From Pedobacter sp. (GTDB lineage Bacteria > Bacteroidota > Bacteroidia > Sphingobacteriales > Sphingobacteriaceae): a DNA stretch of 64,000 nucleotides. Where the stretch lies: NCBI RefSeq assembly GCF_041662865.1, contig NZ_JBAZRL010000005.1:61351-125350 (forward strand), given 5' to 3'. The notes under the pieces were generated by a model. That model worked only from the letters and a program-made list of their open reading frames with translations, was not told the origin of the DNA and did no database searches. Every line of letters starts with the position of its first letter. Positions within the stretch are counted from its first letter, which is position 1. The translations under genes and the position numbers were made by a program. Positions 1 through 9,543 of this stretch are shown piece after piece.

Positions 1-699
1 TGTTAGCTTTGGTAAGCCTTTAATTTCGATTCTCCATCCTTCATCATCCGCTAAGTGTAAATGCAAAATGTTGTATTTATAGCGCACCATTGCATCTATA
101 TATTGCTTTACTTCTTGTTTAGTGAAGAAATGTCTAGCAACATCAAACATTAATCCTCGCCAGCCTAAACGTGGATAATCAGTTATTTCTACACAAGGCA
201 TTGTCCATTTTATGCCTTTAATTTCTTCTTTGCTTTCTATCTCTTTTGGCAATAACTGCACTACTGTTTGCACGCCATAAAATAAACCAGCTGGCTTGTT
301 TGCTCTAATAGTCACTTGCTTTAAACCAACGGTTAAGTGATAACCTTCAGTACCTAAAGTTGCGTCTTGCTTATCATTTAAAATTAATTTAAAAGTTGCA
401 GTCGCCGATGGAGTGCTAATAATGCTGGTATAATATCCAGTAGGGGTTGATAGACGCTCCTGTAAAAAAGCAACGGTTTGTTTTAACTCTGGAGATTTAT
501 TGGCTTGGATGACAATATTTGCTGGTAACACAAAATGCCCTGTTTGCTTAATGACCGAAACGGGCTCTGGAATAATAGCAATTTCGCTATTTGCCATAGG
601 TTCATTATTGGCAAAAGTTTCTGTATTACTTTCTATGGATTGAGCGAAAATGTTAATGTTAACGAATAAAAGAAATAAAAACGGAACGGTAAGTTTCAT
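1..699 (-). CDS. Beta-N-acetylhexosaminidase, GH20 (5' part; runs off the window start; absent from the ORF track)
   Basis: Manual translation from ATG at 699: MKLTVPFLFLLFVNINIFAQ signal peptide ... ITDYPRLGWRGLMFDVARHFF ... HLHLADDEGWRIEIK, which are GH20 motifs. Confidence 0.92.
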   Translation of the reverse strand, partial: MKLTVPFLFLLFVNINIFAQSIESNTETFANNEPMANSEIAIIPEPVSVIKQTGHFVLPANIVIQANKSPELKQTVAFLQERLSTPTGYYTSIISTPSATATFKLILNDKQDATLGTEGYHLTVGLKQVTIRANKPAGLFYGVQTVVQLLPKEIESKEEIKGIKWTMPCVEITDYPRLGWRGLMFDVARHFFTKQEVKQYIDAMVRYKYNILHLHLADDEGWRIEIKGLPKLT

Positions 700-748
700 G
701 TAGGCTATAATTGGGATTAAACTTAAAACTGCAATTTATTAAATTCTT

Positions 749-810
749 TTGTCATTCCGAGTTTGGAGGAATCTCTTTTATGAGATTCTTCATTGCACTC
801 AGAATGACAA
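749..810. repeat. REP-like palindromic element (GTCAT...ATGAC family), complete
   Basis: Outer arms TTGTCATTCCGAG / CTCAGAATGACAA (1 mismatch) and inner arms GAATCTC / GAGATTC; intergenic. Confidence 0.8.
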
Positions 811-820
811 ATGTTGTTGA

Positions 821-1330
821 TTATACATTGATAGGTTTCCTAACAGCGTAGATCAATTCATCGTAAACTGTTCCGTTTTTGTAAAAAGTTTCTTTAAGTT
901 CGGCTTCTAAACTAAAGCCCACTTTTTCTAAAACTCGTTGCGACTTGAAATTGGTATCGAATGTTCGGGCATAGATTCGAGTGATATCAAATGTTTTAAA
1001 ACCATAGTTGACCATTAATTTTACAGCTTCGGGAACAATGCCTTGTCCCCAAAATTCTTCGGCAATCCAATAACCCATTTCGGCATTTTTGCAATAGAAA
1101 TCGGTTTGCGGATGAACACCAATAGAACCAGCAACTTCACCATTAACCACAATGGCAAATATCTGCAATGGATTAGTAGATAAAGCTAAATTTATAAAAG
1201 CCACACCGTGATCTTGTGTATAGGGGAAAGGAAATTTGTTGCTTAGGTTTTTAGCGATATTATAATTATTAGCATGTTTTACCAAGCTACCTAAATCACT
1301 CAATTGAAAAGGGCGAAGTTCGAATTGCAT
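821..1330 (-). CDS. GNAT N-acetyltransferase (RimJ/RimL family)
   Basis: AEMGYWIAEEFWGQGI and N..SQRVLEKVGF motifs. Confidence 0.9.
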   Translation of the reverse strand: MQFELRPFQLSDLGSLVKHANNYNIAKNLSNKFPFPYTQDHGVAFINLALSTNPLQIFAIVVNGEVAGSIGVHPQTDFYCKNAEMGYWIAEEFWGQGIVPEAVKLMVNYGFKTFDITRIYARTFDTNFKSQRVLEKVGFSLEAELKETFYKNGTVYDELIYAVRKPINV

Positions 1331-1333
1331 TGG

Positions 1334-2386
1334 CTAAAACGTCATTTTATTTTCACCAGCATTTACACCTTTCATAAATTTAATGATGCCTTTCATATAG
1401 GTTTGTTGATCATCATATAAACTCATGTGACTTCCGTTTTTACAATAAAGGTAACTTCCATTTTTAAAAGCTGTAGCCATCCATTCCATATGTTTTGGGT
1501 CCATGGTATCGTATTGTGCACCTATGCTTAGTGCTGGGATAGTAATGTTTTTGAGTTGATCTTTAATATCCCATTTCAATAATTTACCAGAAACACCAAA
1601 TTCACTCGGACCTTGCATGGTTACATATAAGGATTGGTTCATTTTACTAAATGATCTATTAATAGGTTCAGGCCATTGATCTAAGGGAATGCGGCAAATG
1701 TGTTTTACGTAGAAATTTGGCATTAAGAGGCCCATGTATTCTGGATTTGCGAAATCATTTTTTGCTTCCATATCCCTGATTTTTTTGAGCACTTGCTTAT
1801 CCATTTGTTTAGCTAATACTTCATCAGCATATTTTCCATAATCTGGTATGCTCGACATCATATTGCTTACAATCAGACCTTTCATATGCTGTTGATACTT
1901 TAGCGCATATTGCATGGCCAAAATTCCGCCCCAAGAATGACCTAATAAGTAGAAATTGTCTTTATCTAAATTTAAGGCTACTCTAACTTGTTCTACTTCC
2001 TCAACATAACGATCCAAATCCCACATCGCGGTATCTTTAGGATTGTCTGAATTGCCACAACCTAACTGATCATAATAGATAAATTCAATCCCTTCTTTTG
2101 GAAGAAAACTTTCCATGCATTCGAAATATTCGTGAGTAGCTCCTGGCCCACCATTTAAGAGTAATACCTTTATTTTAGGATTGTTACCAACACGTTTAGT
2201 CCAAACATTAAATTTTCCTTTTGGGGTTTGAATAGGAATAATTTTAATTCCTCCATCTAATACACCAGTATCTGCTGTATTAAAATAGGCTATCGAGCTA
2301 TTTTCTGAAGTGTTTTTATGGGTGCATGCGCATAAGGTAAAACACAATAGAAAAATTCCAAAGTAAAGTAAGTTTTTGGTATTCAT
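1334..2386 (-). CDS. Proline iminopeptidase-family alpha/beta hydrolase, probable lipoprotein
   Basis: GGPG oxyanion motif, YDQLGCG, GHSWGG nucleophile elbow; N-terminal lipobox-like TLCAC. Confidence 0.88.
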   Translation of the reverse strand: MNTKNLLYFGIFLLCFTLCACTHKNTSENSSIAYFNTADTGVLDGGIKIIPIQTPKGKFNVWTKRVGNNPKIKVLLLNGGPGATHEYFECMESFLPKEGIEFIYYDQLGCGNSDNPKDTAMWDLDRYVEEVEQVRVALNLDKDNFYLLGHSWGGILAMQYALKYQQHMKGLIVSNMMSSIPDYGKYADEVLAKQMDKQVLKKIRDMEAKNDFANPEYMGLLMPNFYVKHICRIPLDQWPEPINRSFSKMNQSLYVTMQGPSEFGVSGKLLKWDIKDQLKNITIPALSIGAQYDTMDPKHMEWMATAFKNGSYLYCKNGSHMSLYDDQQTYMKGIIKFMKGVNAGENKMTF

Positions 2387-2449
2387 GCTGTTGGGTGTTT
2401 GATTAAAAGATGAATATATAAATTCTAATCTTTATATACATCATTAACC

Positions 2450-3859
2450 TTATTTCAACGCATCTAAAACTTTAAATAGTTTTTTGCTAATGCCACCTCC
2501 GTTATAGTTATTGATATTGATAACAGCAATGTATTTATTTCCATTTTTATCGGTATAATATCCAGCATAGGCTGAAACATCATTGATACTTCCGCTTTTT
2601 AATATCATTCCGTTGTTTTCTGGAAAGGACTTATAATAAGCAGTAAACCAATCTTCTTTTTGCGCTTGAAATAGGACTGAAGCCATTGCTGAAGTAGTTA
2701 CTCTTGTTCCTGGAGAAAGTCCGCTGCCATCTAAAATATTCAACGCATTTTTATCAATTCCTTTGTTAGCCCAAAAATTAATAACTGCTGATGCGCCATT
2801 CTTGGTGCTCGGTGTTTTTCCTTGTTTCCAAGCAATGGTTTTGAGTAATTGTTCGCCATACAGATTTATACTTTTTTTGTTAAACCAATAAACGATTTCA
2901 CTTAAATCTGGAGAACTAATGGTTGCTAATTTTTGAGTTACGGTTGGTACAGTTTTGCCCTCTAAGTCTAATCTTCTTGCAGTTGTGGCTTCTTTGGTGC
3001 TTGCAATGGCTAATCGTAATAATGTGTCTTGTAAACGATATGCCGCATCATATGCAGGATCTGGTAGCGCTAATGAAATTCCAGCTTTGCTAATTCCCAT
3101 TCCCCAAGTACCACGTAAATATGCTAAATTGCTGTAGGGCGGTAAGAAAGCATAGGCGTTATCTCCAGAACCTGACGAACCGGTTTTAAGTTCATCTACT
3201 ACTTTTAAATACGGCATTGCTGGAACAATTTTCTGAATGCTAACTTCTGATCCTGTACTTCCACCAGGTTTTAAATGAATATCAAATTGATTTTCTCGCC
3301 AAGTAAGTGCCGAACTTCCAGCGCCATAATAGTTACCCATATCTTGCCAAATCCAACCTTCTGGCATTGTTTGAGTGCCGAATAAACTGTCATCTCCAAT
3401 AACCGAGCCTTCAATTTTTTTTATACCAACAGCTTTAATGGCGCTTACCCAAGTATTTAAAACTGCATTTTCTTTAGTTTGCTCGTAACGCCATGAACCT
3501 AAAGTTGGATCGCCGCTACCAATAATGATTAAGTCGCCTTGTAAAGTTCCATCGGAGGTAATTTTTCCACTATAAGCTAAGGTAGTTTGGTATTTGAAAT
3601 CTTTACCCAAAACGCTAAAAGCAGTGGCTGATGTGATTGTTTTTAAGGTAGATGCTGTTGCTAAACCTATATTTTCGTTTTTAGCAAAAATTACTTTTCC
3701 TGTTTGTGCATCTAATACGCAAAGCGATGTAATGGCATATTTTGCTTGTGGGTCATCTACTAAATTCTGATAGGCTTGTTCTAATTTTGCTACTGGAAAT
3801 TGGGCAAAGCTTGTTAGTGAACAAAATATAAAGAGGAGTTGGAACTTAAAAATTTTCAT
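2450..3859 (-). CDS. dacB: D-alanyl-D-alanine carboxypeptidase/endopeptidase (PBP4, S13)
   Basis: ASTLK (SxxK), SIN (SxN), KSG, DGSGLS motifs. Start placed at MKIFK (3859), which gives a signal peptide. Confidence 0.9.
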   Translation of the reverse strand: MKIFKFQLLFIFCSLTSFAQFPVAKLEQAYQNLVDDPQAKYAITSLCVLDAQTGKVIFAKNENIGLATASTLKTITSATAFSVLGKDFKYQTTLAYSGKITSDGTLQGDLIIIGSGDPTLGSWRYEQTKENAVLNTWVSAIKAVGIKKIEGSVIGDDSLFGTQTMPEGWIWQDMGNYYGAGSSALTWRENQFDIHLKPGGSTGSEVSIQKIVPAMPYLKVVDELKTGSSGSGDNAYAFLPPYSNLAYLRGTWGMGISKAGISLALPDPAYDAAYRLQDTLLRLAIASTKEATTARRLDLEGKTVPTVTQKLATISSPDLSEIVYWFNKKSINLYGEQLLKTIAWKQGKTPSTKNGASAVINFWANKGIDKNALNILDGSGLSPGTRVTTSAMASVLFQAQKEDWFTAYYKSFPENNGMILKSGSINDVSAYAGYYTDKNGNKYIAVININNYNGGGISKKLFKVLDALK

Positions 3860-3894
3860 TCTAAAGGATTGATCTGTTATAAAACGATTTAAAC

Positions 3895-3926
3895 TAAAAA
3901 AGTGATGCATCAAATACATCACTTTT
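3895..3926 (-). terminator. Hairpin with U-tract between asd and dacB
   Basis: 10-bp perfect stem AAAAGTGATG (3898-3907) / CATCACTTTT (3917-3926), 9-nt loop, T6 on the minus strand. Confidence 0.55.
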
Positions 3927-3982
3927 AATTATTTAGCTAAAGATATGGACTTAAAACGTAAAACTTATTACGTTTAATTCAA

Positions 3983-4975
3983 TTATACCAATTCTTTTCT
4001 CACCAAGTATTCGGCAATTTGAACAGCATTTGTAGCCGCACCTTTACGCAAGTTATCCGCAACAATCCACATGTTTAAAGTATTTGGCATCGATTCATCT
4101 CTACGAATACGACCTACAAAAACCTCGTCTTTTTCATGTGCATCTTTTGGCATTGGATATTTTAAGTTGGCAACATCGTCTACCACAATAATGCCTTCTG
4201 TTTTTTCTAATAAGGAAGTAACTTCAGCTAAATCAAATTCATTTTCAAACTCGATGTTTACAGATTCTGAGTGACCACCCATTACCGGAATACGAACTGT
4301 TGTGGCGGTTAAACGGATATTCTCATCACCCATAATTTTACGAGTTTCATTAATCATTTTCATTTCCTCTTTTGTGTAACCGTTTTCAGTAAATACATCA
4401 ATTTGAGGAATAACATTTAAATCTATTTGATATGGATAAGCCATTTCGCCATCATAAATGCCTTTACGTTCGTTCATCATTTGGTCAACCGCTTTAACAC
4501 CAGTACCCGTAACAGATTGATACGTAGAAACAACCACACGTTTGATTTTATATTTATCGTGTAATGGTTTTAATGCAACAACCATCTGAATGGTTGAACA
4601 ATTTGGATTAGCAATGATTTTATCGTCAAGTGATAAAATGTTAGCATTAACTTCTGGCACAACCAATGGGATGTTTGGATCCATGCGCCATGCTGATGAA
4701 TTATCAATAACTGTGGTGCCTGCTTCTTTAAAACGAGGAGCATGTTCTAAAGAAGTGCTTCCGCCAGCAGAAAACAATGCAATATCCGGACGCATTCCAA
4801 TCGCAGTATCCATGCTAACGATTGGAAACTGTTTACCCTTAAACGTAATTAACTTACCAACGCTCTTTTCAGACGCAACTGGGATTAATTCTGTCAATGG
4901 GAAATTTCTTTCTTCCAATACTTTTAACATTACGGTACCAACCAATCCGGTAGCACCTACTACTGCAACTTTCAT
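3983..4975 (-). CDS. asd: Aspartate-semialdehyde dehydrogenase
   Basis: GATGLVG, IIANPNCST catalytic Cys, GHSE, DNLRKGAATNAVQIAE. Confidence 0.97.
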   Translation of the reverse strand: MKVAVVGATGLVGTVMLKVLEERNFPLTELIPVASEKSVGKLITFKGKQFPIVSMDTAIGMRPDIALFSAGGSTSLEHAPRFKEAGTTVIDNSSAWRMDPNIPLVVPEVNANILSLDDKIIANPNCSTIQMVVALKPLHDKYKIKRVVVSTYQSVTGTGVKAVDQMMNERKGIYDGEMAYPYQIDLNVIPQIDVFTENGYTKEEMKMINETRKIMGDENIRLTATTVRIPVMGGHSESVNIEFENEFDLAEVTSLLEKTEGIIVVDDVANLKYPMPKDAHEKDEVFVGRIRRDESMPNTLNMWIVADNLRKGAATNAVQIAEYLVRKELV

Positions 4976-5024
4976 TTTTTCTGTTTTTTTATTATATTTA
5001 GTAAATTCTTAATATCTACCAAAT

Positions 5025-6827
5025 ATGAGAAAAAGTTTACTTTTTTTAATGTTGCTGAGTGTTAAACTTACATTCGGCCAAGTTTCTGATGACTTTAGTG
5101 ATGGAAATTTCACTACAAACCCAAGCTGGGGTGGAAGTACATCATTGTTTAATATCAACGCTGCAAAGCAATTAAAGTCTTCTTTAAGTTCTATTGCTCA
5201 AACAGTTACCTTGTCAACAGCGAACACTTATGCCACAAATGCCAAATGGGAATTCTCTGTGCAGATGAGTTTTGATCCCTCCGCAACTAATTTGGTAAGA
5301 ATTTATTTAATTTCTGATCAACAAGATATAAGTGGCTCATTAAATGGATATTTTGTTCAAATTGGAGAAAGTGGGAACACCGATAGCTATGATTTGTACA
5401 AACAAACAGGCACAACTGTAAGCAAAATTATCGATGGTCCTGCAAAAGCTAGAGTAGAAGCAAACAAACTTTTAGCACAAATTCGGGTGACTAGAAACGA
5501 TGTTGGAAAGTGGGAGTTATATACAGATATAGCTGGTGGAACTAATTATAATTTGGAAGGAAGTGCAACTGATTTAACCTATACCAATTCAGATTGGTTT
5601 GGAGTCTTATGCAAATATACAGCTACTCGATCGGATGGTTTTACCTTTGATAATTTCAGTATTACGGAATTAACGCCAGATGTGACACCACCAACTTTGG
5701 TAAGCGCAAAAGTGCTAGATGAATTCAGTATTGAAGCTGTTTTTTCTGAGCGATTGGAATCTTCTTCAGCCTCGATGGCAAATAATTATACGATTGCTAA
5801 TTTGGGTAATCCGACTTCCATAAACGTTACAAGTTTGCCAACTGTTTACAAATTAACGTATGCTTCGGCCTTGCCTTCTGGCGATTATAAATTAACCGTT
5901 AACGGTGTAAAAGATTTGAAAGGAAATGTAATTGACGTTAATAACACAGCTTCTTTCTTTTATTTGAAACCATATACCCTTAAAAAAGGAGATATATTTA
6001 TTAGCGAAATTTTGGTAAATCCTAGAACAGGAGGAGTTGATTTTATAGAAATTTACAACAACACAAACCAGGTTTTAGATTTAGCAACATTACAACTGGC
6101 TAATGCTGATGTGAGCGGAAACCCAGCTAATAGTAAAAACGTTAGTACAACAGCTATGTATATGCCAGCTAAAACGTATTGGGTTTTAACAACTAAACCA
6201 GATATAGTTAAGGAGCATTATGAAGCGAAATTTCCCAATCAGTTTGTACAAATGAGCAGTTTGCCATCTTATAACAATGATAAGGGTTCTGTAATCTTAA
6301 TGACCTCACAAGAAGTATTGGATCGATTAGATTACACTGAAAAAATGCATATTCCTCTTTTACAAAATGCTGATGGAGTTGCTTTAGAAAGAGTTTCATT
6401 TACTAAACCGACGAATGAATTGGGTAATTTTAAATCTGCGGCAGCTACAGTTAGTTTTGCTACACCAACTTATCGGAACTCACAAGAAGAAGACCCTTCA
6501 CTTATTAAAAGTAACATTAGTTTGGTTAATAAAACTTTTTCTCCAGATGGAGATGGTTTTGAAGATGCATTGAAAATTGACTATCAGTTTGTAAATAACG
6601 GAAATTTAGCCAGCGTTAACATATATACCGATAAAGGAATACTTGTTCGCAAACTAGAACGAAATACAACTATTGCAACTACTGGAAGTTTTAGCTGGGA
6701 TGGAATGAACGATAATGGTCAGCAAAGTAAGGTTGGTATTTACGTAGTTAAGTTTGATACTTTTGCCTTAAATGGTAAGGTAGAGCATTTTAAACAAACT
6801 TGTGTTTTAGCAGCTAAGTTGAATTAG
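5025..6827 (+). CDS. Secreted lamin-tail-domain / Ig-like protein with T9SS type B-like (gliding motility-associated) C-terminal domain
   Basis: Signal peptide; DVTPPTL Ig-like start; IFISEILVNP..DFIEIYN lamin-tail motif; C-terminal FSPDGDGFED..IY...G..V...W.G. Confidence 0.78.
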   Translation: MRKSLLFLMLLSVKLTFGQVSDDFSDGNFTTNPSWGGSTSLFNINAAKQLKSSLSSIAQTVTLSTANTYATNAKWEFSVQMSFDPSATNLVRIYLISDQQDISGSLNGYFVQIGESGNTDSYDLYKQTGTTVSKIIDGPAKARVEANKLLAQIRVTRNDVGKWELYTDIAGGTNYNLEGSATDLTYTNSDWFGVLCKYTATRSDGFTFDNFSITELTPDVTPPTLVSAKVLDEFSIEAVFSERLESSSASMANNYTIANLGNPTSINVTSLPTVYKLTYASALPSGDYKLTVNGVKDLKGNVIDVNNTASFFYLKPYTLKKGDIFISEILVNPRTGGVDFIEIYNNTNQVLDLATLQLANADVSGNPANSKNVSTTAMYMPAKTYWVLTTKPDIVKEHYEAKFPNQFVQMSSLPSYNNDKGSVILMTSQEVLDRLDYTEKMHIPLLQNADGVALERVSFTKPTNELGNFKSAAATVSFATPTYRNSQEEDPSLIKSNISLVNKTFSPDGDGFEDALKIDYQFVNNGNLASVNIYTDKGILVRKLERNTTIATTGSFSWDGMNDNGQQSKVGIYVVKFDTFALNGKVEHFKQTCVLAAKLN

Positions 6828-6896
6828 CAGCTTAATAATCAGAATTTTTTTAAACAATATGAAAACGTGTTTGTTGTTTTAAAAAAAGGAATGATT

Positions 6897-7268
6897 ATGA
6901 AATATGGAAAATTAATAGGGAAAATTCTTTCTCGAAAATCAAGTAATAATGGTCAAGTTGCTGTCGCAATAGTTGCAGGTTTAGCTGCTGGTGCAGTACT
7001 TAGTATTTTATTCGCTCCAGAAAGTGGAAAAGATGCACGTAAACTAATTAGAGATAAAGCAAAAGATTTAGGAGGCTCTGCTAGAGACACTTACAAGACA
7101 TTAAAAAATAGAATATCAGGTAATAATTTTGAAGAACACAAAGATGATGTTGCTCCAGAAGTTCCACATTTTGTTCGTACGCCAGTTAAAAAACGTAAAT
7201 CAGATATTAGAGATATTATTCACGAAAGTCATATTGATGACCAACATACTAAACAAGAAATTAGCTAG
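6897..7268 (+). CDS. YtxH-domain protein
   Basis: AGLAAGAVLSILFAPESGKDARKLI motif; ATG at 6897 preferred over the track's GTG at 6867. Confidence 0.85.
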   Translation: MKYGKLIGKILSRKSSNNGQVAVAIVAGLAAGAVLSILFAPESGKDARKLIRDKAKDLGGSARDTYKTLKNRISGNNFEEHKDDVAPEVPHFVRTPVKKRKSDIRDIIHESHIDDQHTKQEIS

Positions 7269-7276
7269 ATAATACT

Positions 7277-7315
7277 AAATTCAATTTTCATTGTTTAACA
7301 ATGAAAATTGAATTT
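7277..7315. terminator. Perfect 19-bp inverted repeat between convergent genes (probable bidirectional terminator)
   Basis: AAATTCAATTTTCATTGTT-T-AACAATGAAAATTGAATTT. Confidence 0.6.
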
Positions 7316-7327
7316 TTGAAAGTCTTA

Positions 7328-8203
7328 TTACAACAATTGATTATTAACGTAATTGAAACTGGTTTTTATTGAGCCTAATTCATCAGGCTTATAGTTAAAT
7401 TCGTGTTCAACAAAATAATGTTTTACACCAGCCATTTTTGCGCCAGTAAATATCGATTTAAAATCTACGGCTCCTTGGCCAATTTCTGTATTTACATCAT
7501 TTTTAGTTTTATCCATGTCTTTTATGTGCCACATGGTAAAACGATGTTGATGCGTTTTGAAAAGCGATAAAGGATCTACCCCAGAACGTGCTACCCAATA
7601 TAAATCCATCTCAAAATCCACTAGATTTTTATCTGTCTCACTTAATAAAATTTCATATCCAGTTGTATTACCAAACTTTGTAAATTCAAAATTGTGGTTG
7701 TGGTATGCTAGTTTCAAGCCAGATGCTTTACATAAAATCGCAGCCTCGTTAAGTTTGCCTGCAATTTTTTTATAGTCATCTGCTGTTTTTCTAAGCGAAT
7801 CTCCCAAATAAGGAACCGTTACATATTCACCCCCAGTAATATTTGCTGCCTCGATATAAGATTTTAATTCATCGCTATTTTTGCCTGCAATAAAATTATC
7901 CATTCCATAATGTCCACTTGGTGCTTTTATACCGTTTGCTTTTAATAAGTTATCAAAAGCTTTTGCATCTAATCCCCAAAATTTATCCTTTACAGAATAG
8001 CCATAGGTTTCCACTTCTTTATATCCAATTGCTGCAACTTTTTCAATTATTCCTTTGATATCGTTTTTAATGATATCTCTTAAGCTATATAATTGTAAAC
8101 CAACAGGATGTTTGGCAGCTGGTGTACAGGCAAATGAAGGTGTTACTGCAATCGCAGCCGCAATTAGACCTGTTTGTTTAATAAATGATCTTCTTGAATT
8201 CAT
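7328..8203 (-). CDS. Tat-exported sugar phosphate isomerase/epimerase-like TIM barrel (AP_endonuc_2), putative 3-keto-glycoside eliminase/hydratase
   Basis: SRRSFIK twin-arginine motif; YHNH, EMDLYW, WHIKD, FVEHE metal motifs. Confidence 0.85.
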   Translation of the reverse strand: MNSRRSFIKQTGLIAAAIAVTPSFACTPAAKHPVGLQLYSLRDIIKNDIKGIIEKVAAIGYKEVETYGYSVKDKFWGLDAKAFDNLLKANGIKAPSGHYGMDNFIAGKNSDELKSYIEAANITGGEYVTVPYLGDSLRKTADDYKKIAGKLNEAAILCKASGLKLAYHNHNFEFTKFGNTTGYEILLSETDKNLVDFEMDLYWVARSGVDPLSLFKTHQHRFTMWHIKDMDKTKNDVNTEIGQGAVDFKSIFTGAKMAGVKHYFVEHEFNYKPDELGSIKTSFNYVNNQLL

Positions 8204-8226
8204 GAGGATTTACGTTTAATTATAAA

Positions 8227-9456
8227 TTAGGTAGTAGCTTCTGGCTTAGTTTTATCATTAAATAAAACAGCGAAGAGTATAAATACAACAAATGCAATTC
8301 CAGCTGGAATAATCCAAATCATTTTCCAGTTTTCTTCTCCACCAACTTTATACATTTCTGTAATTTGTCCTGCAACCATAAACCCAATAAGCATGCCAAT
8401 GCCATAAGTAGCTAGCGTAATTAAGCCTTGTGCTGAGCTCTTGAACTTTTCTCCTGCTTTAGAGTTGGTGTAAATCTGACCTGAAACAAAGAAAAAGTCA
8501 TAACAAATTCCATGTAATGCTATTCCAAGTAATAACATAAAGCTCAATTCGTCTGCATTGCCATAGGCGAATAAAACATATCTTACAGCCCAAGCAAGCA
8601 TACCCACAAGGATAGTTTTTTTGAAACCGAATTTTTTAAAGAAAATAGGAATAAACAGTAGGAAGATTACTTCTGAAGCTTGTCCAATTGTCATTTTCCC
8701 AGTAGGATTATCAACACCTATTTTAGATAAAAACAAATTCGCATTCTGATAGTAAAAAGCTAAAGGAATACAGATCAAAATAGAGGAAACAAAGAAAATT
8801 AAGAAGTTTCTATCTTTTAATAGTTTCAATGCATCTAATCCTAAAATATCAGATACGGTTACTTTTTCTCCTTTTGCAACTTTGGGTGGGGTTTTTGGTA
8901 GGATAAAACTAAATAATCCTAGCACTAAAGATGCAATTCCAGCCATAAGGAAAGTGTTTTTTAGTAACCCTGCAGTGGTACTTTCTTGGGAATCCCAATG
9001 GAAAAAATAACTGATTAATAAACCAGCAGCAATCCAGCCTAAAGTTCCCCAAATTCTAATGGTGGAAAACTCCTTTTCTGGATCTTCCATCTGATTAAAT
9101 GAAACAGAATTTACTAACGCCAATGTTGGCATGTATAAAATCATATAACCCAATGCATAAGGATAAAATACACTGATATCAGTTGCATTATACATTTGAT
9201 ACATTAAAATGGCACCAACAATATGCAAAACACCTAAGATTTTTTCGGCATTAAAATATCGATCTGCAATTAATCCAATAATAAACGGAGCAATAATAGC
9301 TCCCCAAGATTGAGTTGAAAAAACAGAACCAGTTTCTGGACCAGATGCTTTTAAATTTGTTGCCAAAAATGTGCCTAGTGTTACAAACCATGCGCCCCAG
9401 ATAAAAAATTCTAGGAACATCATGAAAGATAATTTAATGCGAGTTGTTGAGTTCAT
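8227..9456 (-). CDS. MFS permease, nucleoside:H+ symporter (NupG/XapB) family
   Basis: About 12 hydrophobic segments; MMFLEFFIWGAW, IRIWGTLGW, LHGICYDFFFV motifs. Confidence 0.9.
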   Translation of the reverse strand: MNSTTRIKLSFMMFLEFFIWGAWFVTLGTFLATNLKASGPETGSVFSTQSWGAIIAPFIIGLIADRYFNAEKILGVLHIVGAILMYQMYNATDISVFYPYALGYMILYMPTLALVNSVSFNQMEDPEKEFSTIRIWGTLGWIAAGLLISYFFHWDSQESTTAGLLKNTFLMAGIASLVLGLFSFILPKTPPKVAKGEKVTVSDILGLDALKLLKDRNFLIFFVSSILICIPLAFYYQNANLFLSKIGVDNPTGKMTIGQASEVIFLLFIPIFFKKFGFKKTILVGMLAWAVRYVLFAYGNADELSFMLLLGIALHGICYDFFFVSGQIYTNSKAGEKFKSSAQGLITLATYGIGMLIGFMVAGQITEMYKVGGEENWKMIWIIPAGIAFVVFILFAVLFNDKTKPEATT

Positions 9457-9462
9457 TTGTTT

Positions 9463-9540
9463 AGGTTTAAGGTGAAAGGTTTAGAGGTTTAAGGTTATTG
9501 GCGTTATTACCTTACGCCTTAGCCCTTATACCTTCAACCT
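9463..9540. repeat. Mirror-image heptamer ladder (5x AGG-N4, then 5x CCT-N4)
   Basis: AGG at 9463, 9470, 9477, 9485, 9492; CCT at 9510, 9517, 9524, 9531, 9538. Confidence 0.75.
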
Positions 9541-9543
9541 CTA

